Of a DNA stretch of 64,000 bases, positions 19,546 through 30,005 are shown one piece after another; position 1 is the stretch's first letter, and every line of letters starts with the position of its first letter. Source of the stretch: Kiritimatiellia bacterium (lineage in GTDB: Bacteria; Verrucomicrobiota; Kiritimatiellia; WLWN01); NCBI GenBank assembly GCA_012103575.1, contig WLWN01000001.1, positions 1,676,538-1,740,537 on the forward strand, in the 5' to 3' direction. The notes under the pieces were generated by a model. The model searched no databases and was not told where the DNA came from. It saw only the letters and a program-made list of their open reading frames with translations. A program made the translations under genes and the position numbers.

Positions 19546-21201
19546 ATGCTAACCTCTTTGCGTATAAAAAACCTTGCTCTTGTCCAAGATCTTCGTATTC
19601 CGTTTCAATCGGGTCTTAATGTCATTACAGGAGAAACGGGCGCCGGTAAATCTATCCTGATGGGCGCTTTGAAATTGTTACTGGGTGAGCGGGCCGATAA
19701 ATCGGCGATTCGTTCGGGGGAAGATGCTTGCCTGGTCGACGCGGTGTTTGAATTTCCGTCCACCACATCATTCGATGCTCTTCTTGCAGAAAATGGGGTG
19801 GATATGTGTGAAGGAATGCAATTGGTTATCCGTCGCATTATTAAAGCCTCGGGTACGAGCCAAAACATGGTGAATGATTGTCCTGTTACCTTACAATTGC
19901 TTAAACGACTCGGGGCCCTATTAGTGGATATGTACGGTGTCTATGACCATCAATCTCTCTTACATACCGATACACAACTTGATATACTCGATGCCTTTGG
20001 CTGTATCGACAAAGAACGCAAAGCGTATGAAAAAAAATATCGCGATTTTTGGGCGCTTGAGAAACGCAAACAAGAACTTTTGCAAAACCATGAAGATGTG
20101 GAAGCGCAGATCGATTTACTATCCTATCGCGTAAAGGAAATTGAAGACGCGGCTTTAGCAGAAAATGAAGAAGAAAAAATTCGGCAAGAACATACGATAA
20201 TGGGTCATGCGCAACGTATTCTTGAATTATCGAATACAGCGCTCACGATGCTAACAGAAAACGAAGATTCTGTATTTAATACGTTAACCCATACGCAACG
20301 AATGCTAGATGAGTTAAGCCGACTGGTCCCCGACGCAGAGGATTGGAAACAGGAGCTTCATGGTTTAACGGTGCAGGAGTTGGGGACAACCATTCAGAGC
20401 TTTGTAAGTGGCATAGAAAGCGATCCTGCACGGTTACACTGGTTAGATGAACGATTAGCCTTGTATCAAAAAATGAAACGTAAACACGGGAACACTGTCT
20501 CTGAAATATTCGAAACCTTAGAAGCCTCAAAAAAACGCTTGAAAGATTTGAAAACTCGTAGCGAGCAGTTGGCTGATATAGAAAAAAATATGGAGCATAT
20601 TTATTCTCAGCTTGAACAGACAGGGAACATATTGAGAGATAAGCGCCAGCAGGTATCCGGGGGGCTTTCAAAGAACATTACAAAAGAGCTAAAAGAATTA
20701 GGATTTTCACATAGAGCCTTTCGTATCCGCTTAAGCGCAACGACTCCGCAAACGTCGGGCATGGATGAGATTGAATTTGAATTTGCGCCCAATGCAGGGG
20801 AGTCTCATTATCCTTTACGTGCGATTGCTTCTAGTGGCGAAATTTCTCGTGTGATGTTGGCTACAAAAGCCGTTTTGGCAAAACACGATAAAATCCCTTT
20901 GTTGGTCTTTGATGAAGTCGATGCGCATATCGGGGGCGAAATGGGTACTGCTGTTGGGTGTAAATTGTCAGAGATTTCAACGTATCATCAGGTGATTGTC
21001 ATTACGCATTTGCCACAAGTGGCCGTTTTTGGAAATACACACTTTGCGGTCAGCAAAGACGTAAAAGGAAACCGTACGTTTACGAATATTGAAACCATAG
21101 AAAAAGAGGGTCGTGTTGAAGAAATTGCACGGATGTTGGGAGGAAAGAAGATGACGGATGTAACCCTTCAACATGCACGTGAAATGCTCAAGCAGGCATA
21201 A
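19546..21201 (+). CDS. recN: DNA repair protein RecN
   Basis: N-terminal ITGETGAGKSIL Walker A, long coiled-coil region, C-terminal LVFDEVDAHIGG. Confidence 0.95.
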   Translation: MLTSLRIKNLALVQDLRIPFQSGLNVITGETGAGKSILMGALKLLLGERADKSAIRSGEDACLVDAVFEFPSTTSFDALLAENGVDMCEGMQLVIRRIIKASGTSQNMVNDCPVTLQLLKRLGALLVDMYGVYDHQSLLHTDTQLDILDAFGCIDKERKAYEKKYRDFWALEKRKQELLQNHEDVEAQIDLLSYRVKEIEDAALAENEEEKIRQEHTIMGHAQRILELSNTALTMLTENEDSVFNTLTHTQRMLDELSRLVPDAEDWKQELHGLTVQELGTTIQSFVSGIESDPARLHWLDERLALYQKMKRKHGNTVSEIFETLEASKKRLKDLKTRSEQLADIEKNMEHIYSQLEQTGNILRDKRQQVSGGLSKNITKELKELGFSHRAFRIRLSATTPQTSGMDEIEFEFAPNAGESHYPLRAIASSGEISRVMLATKAVLAKHDKIPLLVFDEVDAHIGGEMGTAVGCKLSEISTYHQVIVITHLPQVAVFGNTHFAVSKDVKGNRTFTNIETIEKEGRVEEIARMLGGKKMTDVTLQHAREMLKQA

Positions 21202-21216
21202 CCCCAGCCTTCATGC

Positions 21217-21522
21217 TTAATTTAAAATTAAGGGATAGAGCCTTTTGAGTCTGATCCGTGCATCTTCAGTGATAGAATGCCAATCCCGCGGTTGGCTTTT
21301 CTCATTTCGCCTCTGTGTCCAAGCAATCGCCTCTCGGCTTAAGGTCTCTCTATGAGCAAGGCGTCTGTCCAAACATTGACGCGATAAATGACTCAACTCT
21401 ATCTCGGCCATATTCAACCCACCCGTAAACTCCACCGCCCAAATCCTTGGGGTGGTGAAGAACAACACAACGCAATGAGATGGGCTTCCTATACATCGAG
21501 CAAGTTCTTGTGCGATATCCAC
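21217..21522 (-). pseudogene. C-terminal remnant (~85 codons) of an IS630-family transposase from a different subgroup
   Basis: …GGLNMAEIELSHLSRQCLDRRL…REAIAWTQRRNEKSQPRDWHSITEDARIRLKRLYP, a conserved IS630 C-terminus. Confidence 0.6.
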
Positions 21523-21525
21523 TCG

Positions 21526-22542
21526 TTACAAGATCCCCAACTCTTGAAGCAGTTGCAAAGTACCTTCTAAATCTTCTAAATCGCTGAGATCAATATTGGG
21601 TGCTTGAATGCTAGCGAGAGGAATAAGATTGGGGCTAGCAGGTACACCCGAAACCAAAGGGTATTCATGGGTTTCTTCTGCAAAATAGGTTTGGGATCTT
21701 TTAGAGAGCAAAAACGTTATAAAACGATTGGCGGATTCTTTTCTTTTTGATGAATCAAGAATCGAAATGCCTGCCACGTTTACCAGGGCACCTGGATCAC
21801 CGCTGTGTAAAACATAATTTTTTGCAGGAAACTGTTTTCCATGTTCAGCGATGAATCTAAAAAGGTAATAATGATTTACAAAACCTACATCAATTTCTCC
21901 AGCCCCAACAGCGGCCACAATCGGTGTGTTTTTGGGATACACGTTGGGTTCGTTCGCCTGTATGCACGTCAACCATTGTCGGGCTTTTTTGTTTCCTTGA
22001 GTAACGCGGAGGGCGGTAACAAAGGCCTGGAAAGACCCGTTTGCAGGCGCCCACCCGATTCGTTTTTTCCATGTGGGATCACAGAATCCGAAAATCGTTT
22101 GGGGTAAATCCTCCTTTTTTAAACGATCGGTGTTATAGACGATCACGCGGGCTCGTCCAGAAACACCGATCCAATTTCCGTGTTTAGAGCGAAAACGTTT
22201 GTCAACACGCTCCAGAAGATCATGAGGGAGGGGGGTAAGCCGATTTTCCTTTGCTAACGCTCCCAGTGCACCGGCATCTTGAGCAAAAAACAGGTCAGCG
22301 GGGGAACGGGTTCCTTCTTCAAGAAGGGTGGCAGTAAGCTCCGCTGTTTTCCCGTATCGTACACGGACATCTATTTGGGTTTCTTCTTCAAACTTCTTGA
22401 TTAAGGGGCCTACAAGAGTTTCGCTTCGCCCACAATAAAGAATCAGTGCTTTATCTCTTTCTGCTTGTGAAGCCGCCAAAGAGCATAGGAGCCCGCAGGT
22501 TGTATAGATGAGAGGTCGTAAAAAAGAGAGTCTACTTTTCAT
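21526..22542 (-). CDS. Fe3+ ABC transporter periplasmic substrate-binding protein (FbpA/AfuA-like)
   Basis: Signal peptide, then …LILYCGRSETLVGPLIKKFEEETQIDVRVRYGKTAEL…. ATG chosen at MKSRLSF to avoid overlap with the regulator. Confidence 0.8.
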   Translation of the reverse strand: MKSRLSFLRPLIYTTCGLLCSLAASQAERDKALILYCGRSETLVGPLIKKFEEETQIDVRVRYGKTAELTATLLEEGTRSPADLFFAQDAGALGALAKENRLTPLPHDLLERVDKRFRSKHGNWIGVSGRARVIVYNTDRLKKEDLPQTIFGFCDPTWKKRIGWAPANGSFQAFVTALRVTQGNKKARQWLTCIQANEPNVYPKNTPIVAAVGAGEIDVGFVNHYYLFRFIAEHGKQFPAKNYVLHSGDPGALVNVAGISILDSSKRKESANRFITFLLSKRSQTYFAEETHEYPLVSGVPASPNLIPLASIQAPNIDLSDLEDLEGTLQLLQELGIL

Positions 22543-22543
22543 G

Positions 22544-23113
22544 TTATCCTGTTTTTGTTTTAGGTGTTTCAAGGAAGCAAATCGTCTGGCACACTTCGCA
22601 TGCTTCCGCATTATGTGTACACGATATGTTATTTTCTTTTCGGAGCGCTTTCAGAAAATCTTTGGCCACTTTTTTGTCCGACGAAATAAAACGGATCAAA
22701 TTTTGAAGAGCCATACTGTTTTCTAAGCTCAGTAGATGCTCAATTTTACACGCATCAATTTCAGCTTGTTCGGGGCTTACACCTAATACATTTTTGAACA
22801 AAGTTTCGAGAAGTTCACCGTTATGTTCCACGATTTCTGCAAGGCGTTTTCCTTCCTTAGAAAGGGAAAGGAATTTGTTTTCGTCTTCTTTTATAACCCC
22901 TCTTTTCTTCAAGGGTTTTAGACTAATAGAACAGCTCCCACGAGTAGTGTTTAACCGCTTGGCAATGTCGGTTACGCGTGCGTACCCCTGTGTATCCAAA
23001 AGTTCATGGATAGTCATTAAATAGTGCGCGGCACTATGTGTTAACGAGTTTTCTTCAAACGATTTCCATACGGCTGTAGACATAAACGATCCTTTTGACA
23101 AATTTTTTATCAT
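22544..23113 (-). CDS. DtxR/MntR-family metal-dependent transcriptional regulator with a Cys-rich C-terminal tail
   Basis: HYLMTIHELLDTQGYARVTDIAKRLNTTRGSCSISLKPLKKRGVI…ACKIEHLLS…; tail CTHNAEACEVCQTIC. Confidence 0.7.
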   Translation of the reverse strand: MIKNLSKGSFMSTAVWKSFEENSLTHSAAHYLMTIHELLDTQGYARVTDIAKRLNTTRGSCSISLKPLKKRGVIKEDENKFLSLSKEGKRLAEIVEHNGELLETLFKNVLGVSPEQAEIDACKIEHLLSLENSMALQNLIRFISSDKKVAKDFLKALRKENNISCTHNAEACEVCQTICFLETPKTKTG

Positions 23114-23312
23114 CTAATATTTGACATTATATGCCGAATCATATTTTGTGTTATAAACCATTTGTTTTATAGGTCAATCAAAATCTAGAACCTTAAGAAT
23201 TTTACACTTAATTCAGCGATCGCTTGTTTAAATGTAAGGTTTGGGAAGAGGCTTTGATGTAATACAATGGGGGTTAAAGATTCTACGCCGAGGCCCAATG
23301 CATTCGCTCGGG

Positions 23313-23585
23313 TTAACTTAAAGGCTCTTTTTGCTCAATAATAACGGGGAGTTCTTTTGATTTTTCTGCATTTAACGAAATATAGTGTTTCCATTTAGAA
23401 GGTACGCTTCCGACCTCAAAAATGGCGTCAACGGGACATTCAGGGATACAGGCCCCGCAATCAATACATTCATCTGGATCAATCCAAAGTGTTTTCTCAT
23501 CTTCATGGAAACAGTCCACAGGGCAAACCGTCACACAAATGGTATTTTTGCATCCATAACATGGTTCTGTAATAATATGTGGCAT
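23313..23585 (-). CDS. Ferredoxin (7Fe/2x[4Fe-4S] type)
   Basis: Two Cys clusters [17 protein letters not shown] and [12 protein letters not shown]. Confidence 0.85.
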   Translation of the reverse strand: MPHIITEPCYGCKNTICVTVCPVDCFHEDEKTLWIDPDECIDCGACIPECPVDAIFEVGSVPSKWKHYISLNAEKSKELPVIIEQKEPLS

Positions 23586-23673
23586 ATATTATATCCTATT
23601 CGTAAGGCATGTGACTGTTAAAAAAAGATGAGGATACGGGCCGGCAAATAATTTTCAATCTTTATATTGCTCA

Positions 23674-25287
23674 ATGAAAAAAAAATCTACATTCAATAAT
23701 TGTTTATGGATAAAGAGACCTTGTCTTCCTCTATACCTTTGGATTCCTCCTATACTGGTTCTTTGTGCTTCTTTTCTTCCTCTGGTCTATTTGATCATTC
23801 GAACAATAGGGGTGGACTCTCAGCTCCTTGACACGCTCTTACGTCCTCGCGTATTCGAGGTTCTTCTCAATAGTGTTGGCTTGGCCTTGGCGGTGACGGT
23901 AAGCGGTTGCATGTTGGGTTTCTTTCTTGCCTGGTTAACCACGCGTACGGATTTGCCGGCCAAAAAATTTTGGACCATTATATTGTCATTACCGCTTGTC
24001 TTGCCCTCTTATGTGGGCGCCTTTGCTTGGGTGGCCGCTTTAGGCCCTCGCGGCCTATTGCAAGGATGGCTCGAACCGTTTGGGGTAGAACGGCTTCCTT
24101 CGCTTTATGGCTTTTGGGGCGCTTGGATTATTCTTTCTTTGTTTTCATACCCCTATGTTTTATTGACGGTTCGTGCTGGATTCCGCGGGATTGATGCTTC
24201 GTTGGAAGATGTGGCACGGAGTCTTGGGAAAAATTCTTTTCAGGTCTTTCGCGAGATTTTGTTTCCGCAACTATGGCCAGCCATTCACGCAGGTGCGTTG
24301 CTCATTGCGTTATATACACTCAGTGATTTTGGTGCGGTGTCCCTTCTTCAATTCAATTCGTTTACGCAAGCTATATATAGCCAGTATATCGGGTCGTTTA
24401 ACCGCGGTGTAGCTGCTGTTTTAGCATGCGTCTTAGTTCTTTTGACGCTTTTGATTTTACTATTTCAGTTTAGAATTGGAGGACGATCGCGCTATTACAG
24501 AAGCAGCGCGGGGGCCCTGCGACGTGTACCGTGTGTGTCTTTGGGAAAATGGCGTTATCCCGCTCTTTTTTTCTGCGGAAGTATTGGTATCTTTGCACTA
24601 GGTCTCCCTGTAATGGTTATCAGCTATTGGCTTATTCGTGGTTGGATCCACCATCAATCCGTTTTATTTGGCGCAGAGATTGTTTGGAACTCTGTATCGG
24701 CTTCGGGCCTAGCGGCGTTGGTGGCTGTGATTGCTGCGCTTCCTATTGTGATATTGGCGGTCCGGCATGCGCGACGTTCTACACAATGGTTGGAACGGAG
24801 TACGTATATAGGACATGCATTGCCGGGTATCGTGATTGCCTTTTCATTAGTGTTCTTTGGAGTCCGGTATGTACCTTTTCTTTACCAAACGCTTTTTATG
24901 TTGATTTTTGCTTATGTTGTACATTTTTTGCCGCACGCGGTTGGAAGTATTCGTTCTTCTATGTTGCAAATAAGCCCTCGCCTAGAAGATGCGGCACGGA
25001 ACTTAGGGAAAAAACCGTTCCACGTTTTTTCTTCGCTTACCCTCCCTTTACTTAAACCCGGATTGCTTTCAGGTTTTGCATTAGTCTTTTTATCGTGTAT
25101 GAAAGAATTGCCAGCAACATTATTGTTGGGGCCGATAGAATTTCAAACGTTAGCTACAAAGATCTGGAATGCAACAGAAGATGCTTTTTTTGCAAAAGCC
25201 GCTGGACCGGCTCTGATTCTTGTGCTTGTTTCAGCCATGTCCATTTGGATTATTTTTTCACAGGAAGAGAGTGAAAAAGGAAGATGA
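23674..25287 (+). CDS. Fe3+ ABC transporter permease (FbpB-like, duplicated 2x6 TM domains)
   Basis: 537 aa. Two permease EAA-like loops. Gene order is binding protein-(regulator)-permease-ATPase. Confidence 0.85.
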   Translation: MKKKSTFNNCLWIKRPCLPLYLWIPPILVLCASFLPLVYLIIRTIGVDSQLLDTLLRPRVFEVLLNSVGLALAVTVSGCMLGFFLAWLTTRTDLPAKKFWTIILSLPLVLPSYVGAFAWVAALGPRGLLQGWLEPFGVERLPSLYGFWGAWIILSLFSYPYVLLTVRAGFRGIDASLEDVARSLGKNSFQVFREILFPQLWPAIHAGALLIALYTLSDFGAVSLLQFNSFTQAIYSQYIGSFNRGVAAVLACVLVLLTLLILLFQFRIGGRSRYYRSSAGALRRVPCVSLGKWRYPALFFCGSIGIFALGLPVMVISYWLIRGWIHHQSVLFGAEIVWNSVSASGLAALVAVIAALPIVILAVRHARRSTQWLERSTYIGHALPGIVIAFSLVFFGVRYVPFLYQTLFMLIFAYVVHFLPHAVGSIRSSMLQISPRLEDAARNLGKKPFHVFSSLTLPLLKPGLLSGFALVFLSCMKELPATLLLGPIEFQTLATKIWNATEDAFFAKAAGPALILVLVSAMSIWIIFSQEESEKGR

Positions 25288-26420
25288 AAGATAAAGGCGA
25301 GGAAGAAGGTAGAATGCTGAATACTGAACACAGAAAGACAAAAACAGCGATTTGTTGTGAGAATCTCTGTAGAATCTTCGGAGAGGTTCCCGCTGTTTGT
25401 GGAGCTCATCTTGACGTGAACCCCGGCACCTTTTTTGCTTTATTAGGGCCTAGTGGATGCGGGAAAACAACGGTATTGCGTATGATCGCAGGGCTAGAGA
25501 TTCCCGATGGGGGTGAAATCAAAGTGGGACAACGTGTCGTCGCTTCTCACAACAGGAATGTTTCTCCTGAAAAACGTAAAGTGGGGATGGTTTTTCAAGA
25601 GTATGCTCTTTTTCCTCATATGACCGTTGCTGAGAATGTCCAGTATGGTCTTGGCCGTTGCGATGATAAAAAAATGCGTTCCCAAGAAGTTTTGCATTTA
25701 GTGGGGTTAGAAGGAGTTGAAACACGTATGCCTCATGAGTTGTCAGGAGGACAGCAACAACGCGTGGCGCTGGCCCGTGCGTTGGCGCCTAAACCAGACG
25801 TCCTTCTTTTAGATGAACCTTTTTCTAATTTGGATGCGGCATTGCGTAATCGTGTTCGGACCGATGTCAGGCATATTTTGCGTCAAACAAAAGTAACGAC
25901 CCTCTTTGTTACACACGATCAAGAAGAGGCGCTGAGTCTTGCCGATGAAATGGCGGTTATGATGAACGGTAAAATTATTCAAACCGACACGCCTCAAAAC
26001 TTATATCGGTACCCTGCTTCTCATCAAGTAGCGACGTTTTTGGGCGATGCAAATTTCTTGCCAGGAAGAGGTAGAGGTCAAGAGGTTGAATGTGAGCTGG
26101 GTTCTTTTGCTACCCAAAACTCTTGTTCCCATGAGGTAGAAGTCATGTTTCGTCCGGAGGATTTGGAATTGATCGTTGATGCCCAGGGCCCTGGAGAGGT
26201 TGTTGACATCGAATATTTTGGTCATGATCAACTTCTCCATGTCCAGCTTGATTCCGGGACACGCCTCAAAAGTCGTTTTGTAGGCTCTAATGGGGGCCTG
26301 ATCCCCGGTTCACGTGTGCAGGTACGAGTCCACGAAAAGGTTATAACGTATCCGTCCCCTTATGGATGCCCGATCAATCAGAAGACAGAGGTCAGGGGGC
26401 AGGGAGCAGAGATCCCTTAA
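25284..26420 (+). CDS. Fe3+ ABC transporter ATP-binding protein (FbpC-like)
   Basis: GPSGCGKTT Walker A, LSGGQQQRVALARAL signature, LLLDEP Walker B, C-terminal TOBE-like domain. The true start may be the ATG at 25314. Confidence 0.85.
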   Translation: MKDKGEEEGRMLNTEHRKTKTAICCENLCRIFGEVPAVCGAHLDVNPGTFFALLGPSGCGKTTVLRMIAGLEIPDGGEIKVGQRVVASHNRNVSPEKRKVGMVFQEYALFPHMTVAENVQYGLGRCDDKKMRSQEVLHLVGLEGVETRMPHELSGGQQQRVALARALAPKPDVLLLDEPFSNLDAALRNRVRTDVRHILRQTKVTTLFVTHDQEEALSLADEMAVMMNGKIIQTDTPQNLYRYPASHQVATFLGDANFLPGRGRGQEVECELGSFATQNSCSHEVEVMFRPEDLELIVDAQGPGEVVDIEYFGHDQLLHVQLDSGTRLKSRFVGSNGGLIPGSRVQVRVHEKVITYPSPYGCPINQKTEVRGQGAEIP

Positions 26421-27507
26421 GTACCTCTGACCTCTGTTCCCCGGACGTCTCAATCTGTTCTATGGCCCAGGCGGCATGCTCACGAATGAGGGGTTCGGGA
26501 TCTTCGGCGGCTTTCTTTAAAACGGGTATGGCCTCTGTATTCCCCCAGTTTCCGAGTGCAACGGCGGCGTTACGGAGCAATCCTCTGCGCTTTGTTCGTG
26601 TGATGGGACTGCCTTTAAACCGTTTCTTGAAATCATCATTATCGAATTTGATAAGATCCATCAGGCGAGGTGCCGCAAAATCAGGATCATATTCTAAGAA
26701 TCGTGTTTGGCCTGGTTTAGAATAGCGTCGCACCCAAGGACACATCTCTTGGCACGCATCGCACCCATAAATCCAGTTTTTCATAAGAGGTCGAAGCTTT
26801 AGGGGAATGGAACCTTTTAACTCGATCGTTAGGTAGGAAATACATAATTTGCTATTTAAAATATAGGGTACAGGAAAGGCATGTGTGGGACAGACGTCAA
26901 GGCACCGTCGGCAGTTCCCACAGGTTCCAATCTGCGCTTTATGGTCCGATTCTGTAGAGGATGGTGGTTCGTCAAAATCAAGTTCTAGATCCGTAATGAT
27001 TTCTCCAAGGAATACATAGGAACCAAGATCCGGATGAATCAACAAGGTGTTCTTTCCTACAAACCCCAAACCGGCTTGTGAGGCGATGTCCCGTTCAAGA
27101 ACAGGTCCGGTATCTACATAATAACGCGTCTTTATCTCCTCGCCTGCTTCGTGCTGGATAAAAACACTTAGCGTCTTGAGCATCGGCTCTATGACATCAT
27201 GGTAATCTTGTCCCCATGCATATCGTGCAATACGTCCTCGTGAGGGATCATTCCAAATTTCAGGTTGGGGGTTCTTAATAAAATAACTCAATCCAACAGA
27301 AATAACAGACTGGGCTTGAGGGAGCACTTTTGTTGGGTTAGATCGACGCTCTGGGTCATTCGCGAGCCATTTCATGTTCCCGTGGAAACCTTGTTTGAGC
27401 CATTTATAATAATCATGGGCTCGAGGTGATTGGTGGGCTGGAGATACGCCTACAAAATCAAAACCAAGCTCTATGGCTTTATACTTAATACGGTCTGTTA
27501 ATTTCAT
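26392..27507 (-). CDS. queG: Epoxyqueuosine reductase QueG
   Basis: Cys motifs CGNCRRCLDVCPT and CDACQEMCP. C-terminal HEAT-like tail (REHAAWAI). Confidence 0.8.
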   Translation of the reverse strand: MKLTDRIKYKAIELGFDFVGVSPAHQSPRAHDYYKWLKQGFHGNMKWLANDPERRSNPTKVLPQAQSVISVGLSYFIKNPQPEIWNDPSRGRIARYAWGQDYHDVIEPMLKTLSVFIQHEAGEEIKTRYYVDTGPVLERDIASQAGLGFVGKNTLLIHPDLGSYVFLGEIITDLELDFDEPPSSTESDHKAQIGTCGNCRRCLDVCPTHAFPVPYILNSKLCISYLTIELKGSIPLKLRPLMKNWIYGCDACQEMCPWVRRYSKPGQTRFLEYDPDFAAPRLMDLIKFDNDDFKKRFKGSPITRTKRRGLLRNAAVALGNWGNTEAIPVLKKAAEDPEPLIREHAAWAIEQIETSGEQRSEVLKGSLLPAP

Positions 27508-27611
27508 GAGGAAATTATGTTTGACATGTAAAACAAATGATTTATAGTCCGCCGAAATATAACTCGAGAGTTTTCGTTTAGTGTTCAATAACAAGGAGAA
27601 AAGTTAACACA

Positions 27612-28271
27612 TTGAAGATATATCTTAAAAGAATACTTGCCCTGACTTTTTTTGTTTCTTTAACCACAAACGGTTTGTCTGCTGATGATGGCGATTGGCA
27701 AATATGGTTTGATCAAAGCATGGAGGGTAAGCTTTCTTCATCGTTAAAAACAAAGATGAATCAGCAATTAAAGTGGGGTGACCATGCGGGAGAACTGGTT
27801 GAATATAACGTTGAGCTTGGTTTAACGACAAAGCTGAGTAGTTGGTTTGACCTGGCCCTTTTCTATCGACAACAATATGAAAAAAAGGGAGCCGATTGGT
27901 TAGAAGAAAACCGTCCTCACCTAAACGGGACCATTAAATGGAAGTGGAACGACATCTCCTTTTCAGATCGTAGTCGTGTTGAACTTAGGATTAAAGAAAA
28001 TAAAAACGATATTGTACGGTATAGGAATAAAATAACCGTTACATGCCCAAAGACCTGGACAAAATTCAACATTCAAAAATATATCGCTGACGAAATTTTC
28101 ATCGATTCCGACAAAGGAGAGCTTAATCGAAACCGTTTGTATGTGGGGTTAAAAGCAAAGCCTCATGAACATCTTAAAGCCGATGTATATGGGTTGTGGC
28201 AGACTTCAGAAAAAAGCGACGAATGGACTGATGTTTACGTTGTGGGAGCAAAGTTAGGCATTGTTTTTTAG
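27612..28271 (+). CDS. Hypothetical secreted protein (signal peptide, beta-rich, DUF2490-like)
   Basis: N-terminal hydrophobic signal, then alternating hydrophilic/aromatic strands. No recognisable catalytic motif. Confidence 0.45.
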   Translation: MKIYLKRILALTFFVSLTTNGLSADDGDWQIWFDQSMEGKLSSSLKTKMNQQLKWGDHAGELVEYNVELGLTTKLSSWFDLALFYRQQYEKKGADWLEENRPHLNGTIKWKWNDISFSDRSRVELRIKENKNDIVRYRNKITVTCPKTWTKFNIQKYIADEIFIDSDKGELNRNRLYVGLKAKPHEHLKADVYGLWQTSEKSDEWTDVYVVGAKLGIVF

Positions 28272-28428
28272 AAGAAGTTCAGGTTTTCTGAAAACGCTAC
28301 TTGGACCTTCGTCAAAAGCGCGAATTCAAGTAGTAAGTGCAATATTCTTTGAGATAAGAGAAATGAAAACTTTATTGAACATTTGGTTAGGAGTTTTGTA
28401 TCCACGGGTTTTTCTGGGTCTATTATTA

Positions 28429-29414
28429 GAGCGCTTCACGATTGAGGTGTCGCGATGTAGCACGAAGAAAACCAGCCGATTACCTCGTCGGGAGAAACCT
28501 CTTCGAACGCTTGTGTGAGCGCTTCAGATAGTTCCTGCGGGCTGCAAGGCTGCCCAACCGATTCTTTATCTTGCCCCACATTTTTTCAATGGGGTTGGAA
28601 TCGGGGCTGTAGGGTGGAAGGAATCTTACATGGGCCCCACATGACTCAATGAGTTTAATGACCTTGGGATTGTGATGGACGCGAAGATTGTCCATGATGA
28701 CGATGTCTTCAGGTGAAAGAGTCGGGAGAAAAACCCGGCGAATATATTCTCCAAAAACAGCCGTGTCTGTCGCCCCCTCCCTCTCCATGGCCGCTGTTGT
28801 TCCGTCCAGGCGGACTGAAAAAATCAAGGTGGTGGTACACCAATGTCCATGAGGCGTTTTGGCAAAAAGCCTGTTCCCGCCCAACGCCCGGCCCCGCAGA
28901 CAAGTCATATTCGTTTTCGCCCCGGATTCATCAATAAAGACAAGGCGACTTGGATCAAGTTTGGCTACCTCTTGGATCCACTGCTTTCTCAAGAGATTTA
29001 CATCCGCCCGGTCTTGCTCGCTGGCGTGAAGCGTTTCTTTTATACCGGCAGCCCAACCGATTCAACGCCCGCTGTACGGCCATGATCGACCCCTTCACGC
29101 CGCTCATGTTCTTGAGTTCTTCAAGCGTTGCATCGGGATGTTTGCCCCCCAGTTGAGCCAACGCCTTGAGCTGCTCGCTGTAGAGGGCCTGACGATGCCC
29201 ACGCGGTCGGGGAGCGGTCTGTCCGGTTTCGTTGAAACGAGAGAGCCCACGCTGAAACGTTCTAAGATCTACACGATAAGAAGATACGATATCGGCCTGG
29301 GAACCTTTGCCCATTTTGTAGGCATCTATCGCACGCCGCCGGATTTCTGCTGTTGCTATACTCATGTCATGGAGCATAGATCTTCTAAAGAGGCATTTCA
29401 ATCGTTAAATGCTC
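28429..29414 (-). mobile_element. IS630-family insertion sequence, copy 1, flanked by TA target-site duplications
   Basis: TA|GAGCGCTTCACGATTGAGG … TTCAATCGTTAAATGCTC|TA. Imperfect inverted repeats. Second copy at 45005..45945. Confidence 0.8.
28480..29401 (-). pseudogene. IS630-family transposase split into orfA (HTH) and orfB (DDE) by a frameshift relative to copy 2
   Basis: ORFs 28955..29401 and 28480..28992. In copy 2 the junction …RALNRFPGIKE…LLRKQWIQEV… is one frame. DDE motifs FIDESG and PYSPDSNPIE. Confidence 0.7.
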
Positions 29415-29813
29415 TAGCTTTGCCTTGGCCATTGAGCTCACGAAATTTGTATATAGCAACAGTACTTTCTTTACTGCTCTCTTGGTATGCAAAAAATGCA
29501 GCTACGTATGGCGACCGAGTCCAATCTAGTAAAGGCGTCGGAAAACCATGATGCCGAATATAAACCATAAATCCGTAATTCTCAGGAGATGAAGGTTCAT
29601 CTCTATTCTCAAATACTGTTTCCCAGTTTTGATCTGTTAGCGATTCAAATGCCGCGATTGTCGGCTTAAGGATCTTTGTGTTGTATTCTATGATTGCAAG
29701 TAGTTCATCGTTTCGTCTTTCAAGTGTCGATTCAAGTTTCCACGAAGCACATTTATGGCCCCTAAAGAGGAGCTCGGAAAAATAGTAGTCCGCTTTGCTA
29801 AGGCGCTGCTCAC
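29398..29813 (-). pseudogene. FRG-domain protein fragment. 5' end replaced by a MITE half-copy, 3' end cut by IS630
   Basis: …SELLFRGHKCASWKLESTLER…YGFMVYIRHHGFPTPLLDWTRSPYVAAFFA…, the FRG-domain core. No start codon of its own. Confidence 0.45.
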
Positions 29814-29879
29814 CCTTTTGTAATTCCTTTTAGCCCAAATGGTTCGTGCAGAAAACCGCGTTTAACTGACGGATCCAGG
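29814..29879 (+). repeat. Half-copy (3' arm, 66 bp) of the 165-bp palindromic MITE
   Basis: CCTTTTGTAATTCCTTTTAGCCCAAATGGTTCGTGCAGAAAACCGCGTTTAACTGACGGATCCAGG matches the right arm of 44474..44646. Confidence 0.8.
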
Positions 29880-30005
29880 ATAGAGTTATCTGGAATTAAT
29901 TCGGTATATCTTTTTGACATAGACATAATGATTATTCAGTCTATTTGACTTTAATAGAGAATATTAACGAATTTTAAGATTTTGTCAAATTGAAAAGAAC
30001 GATCT

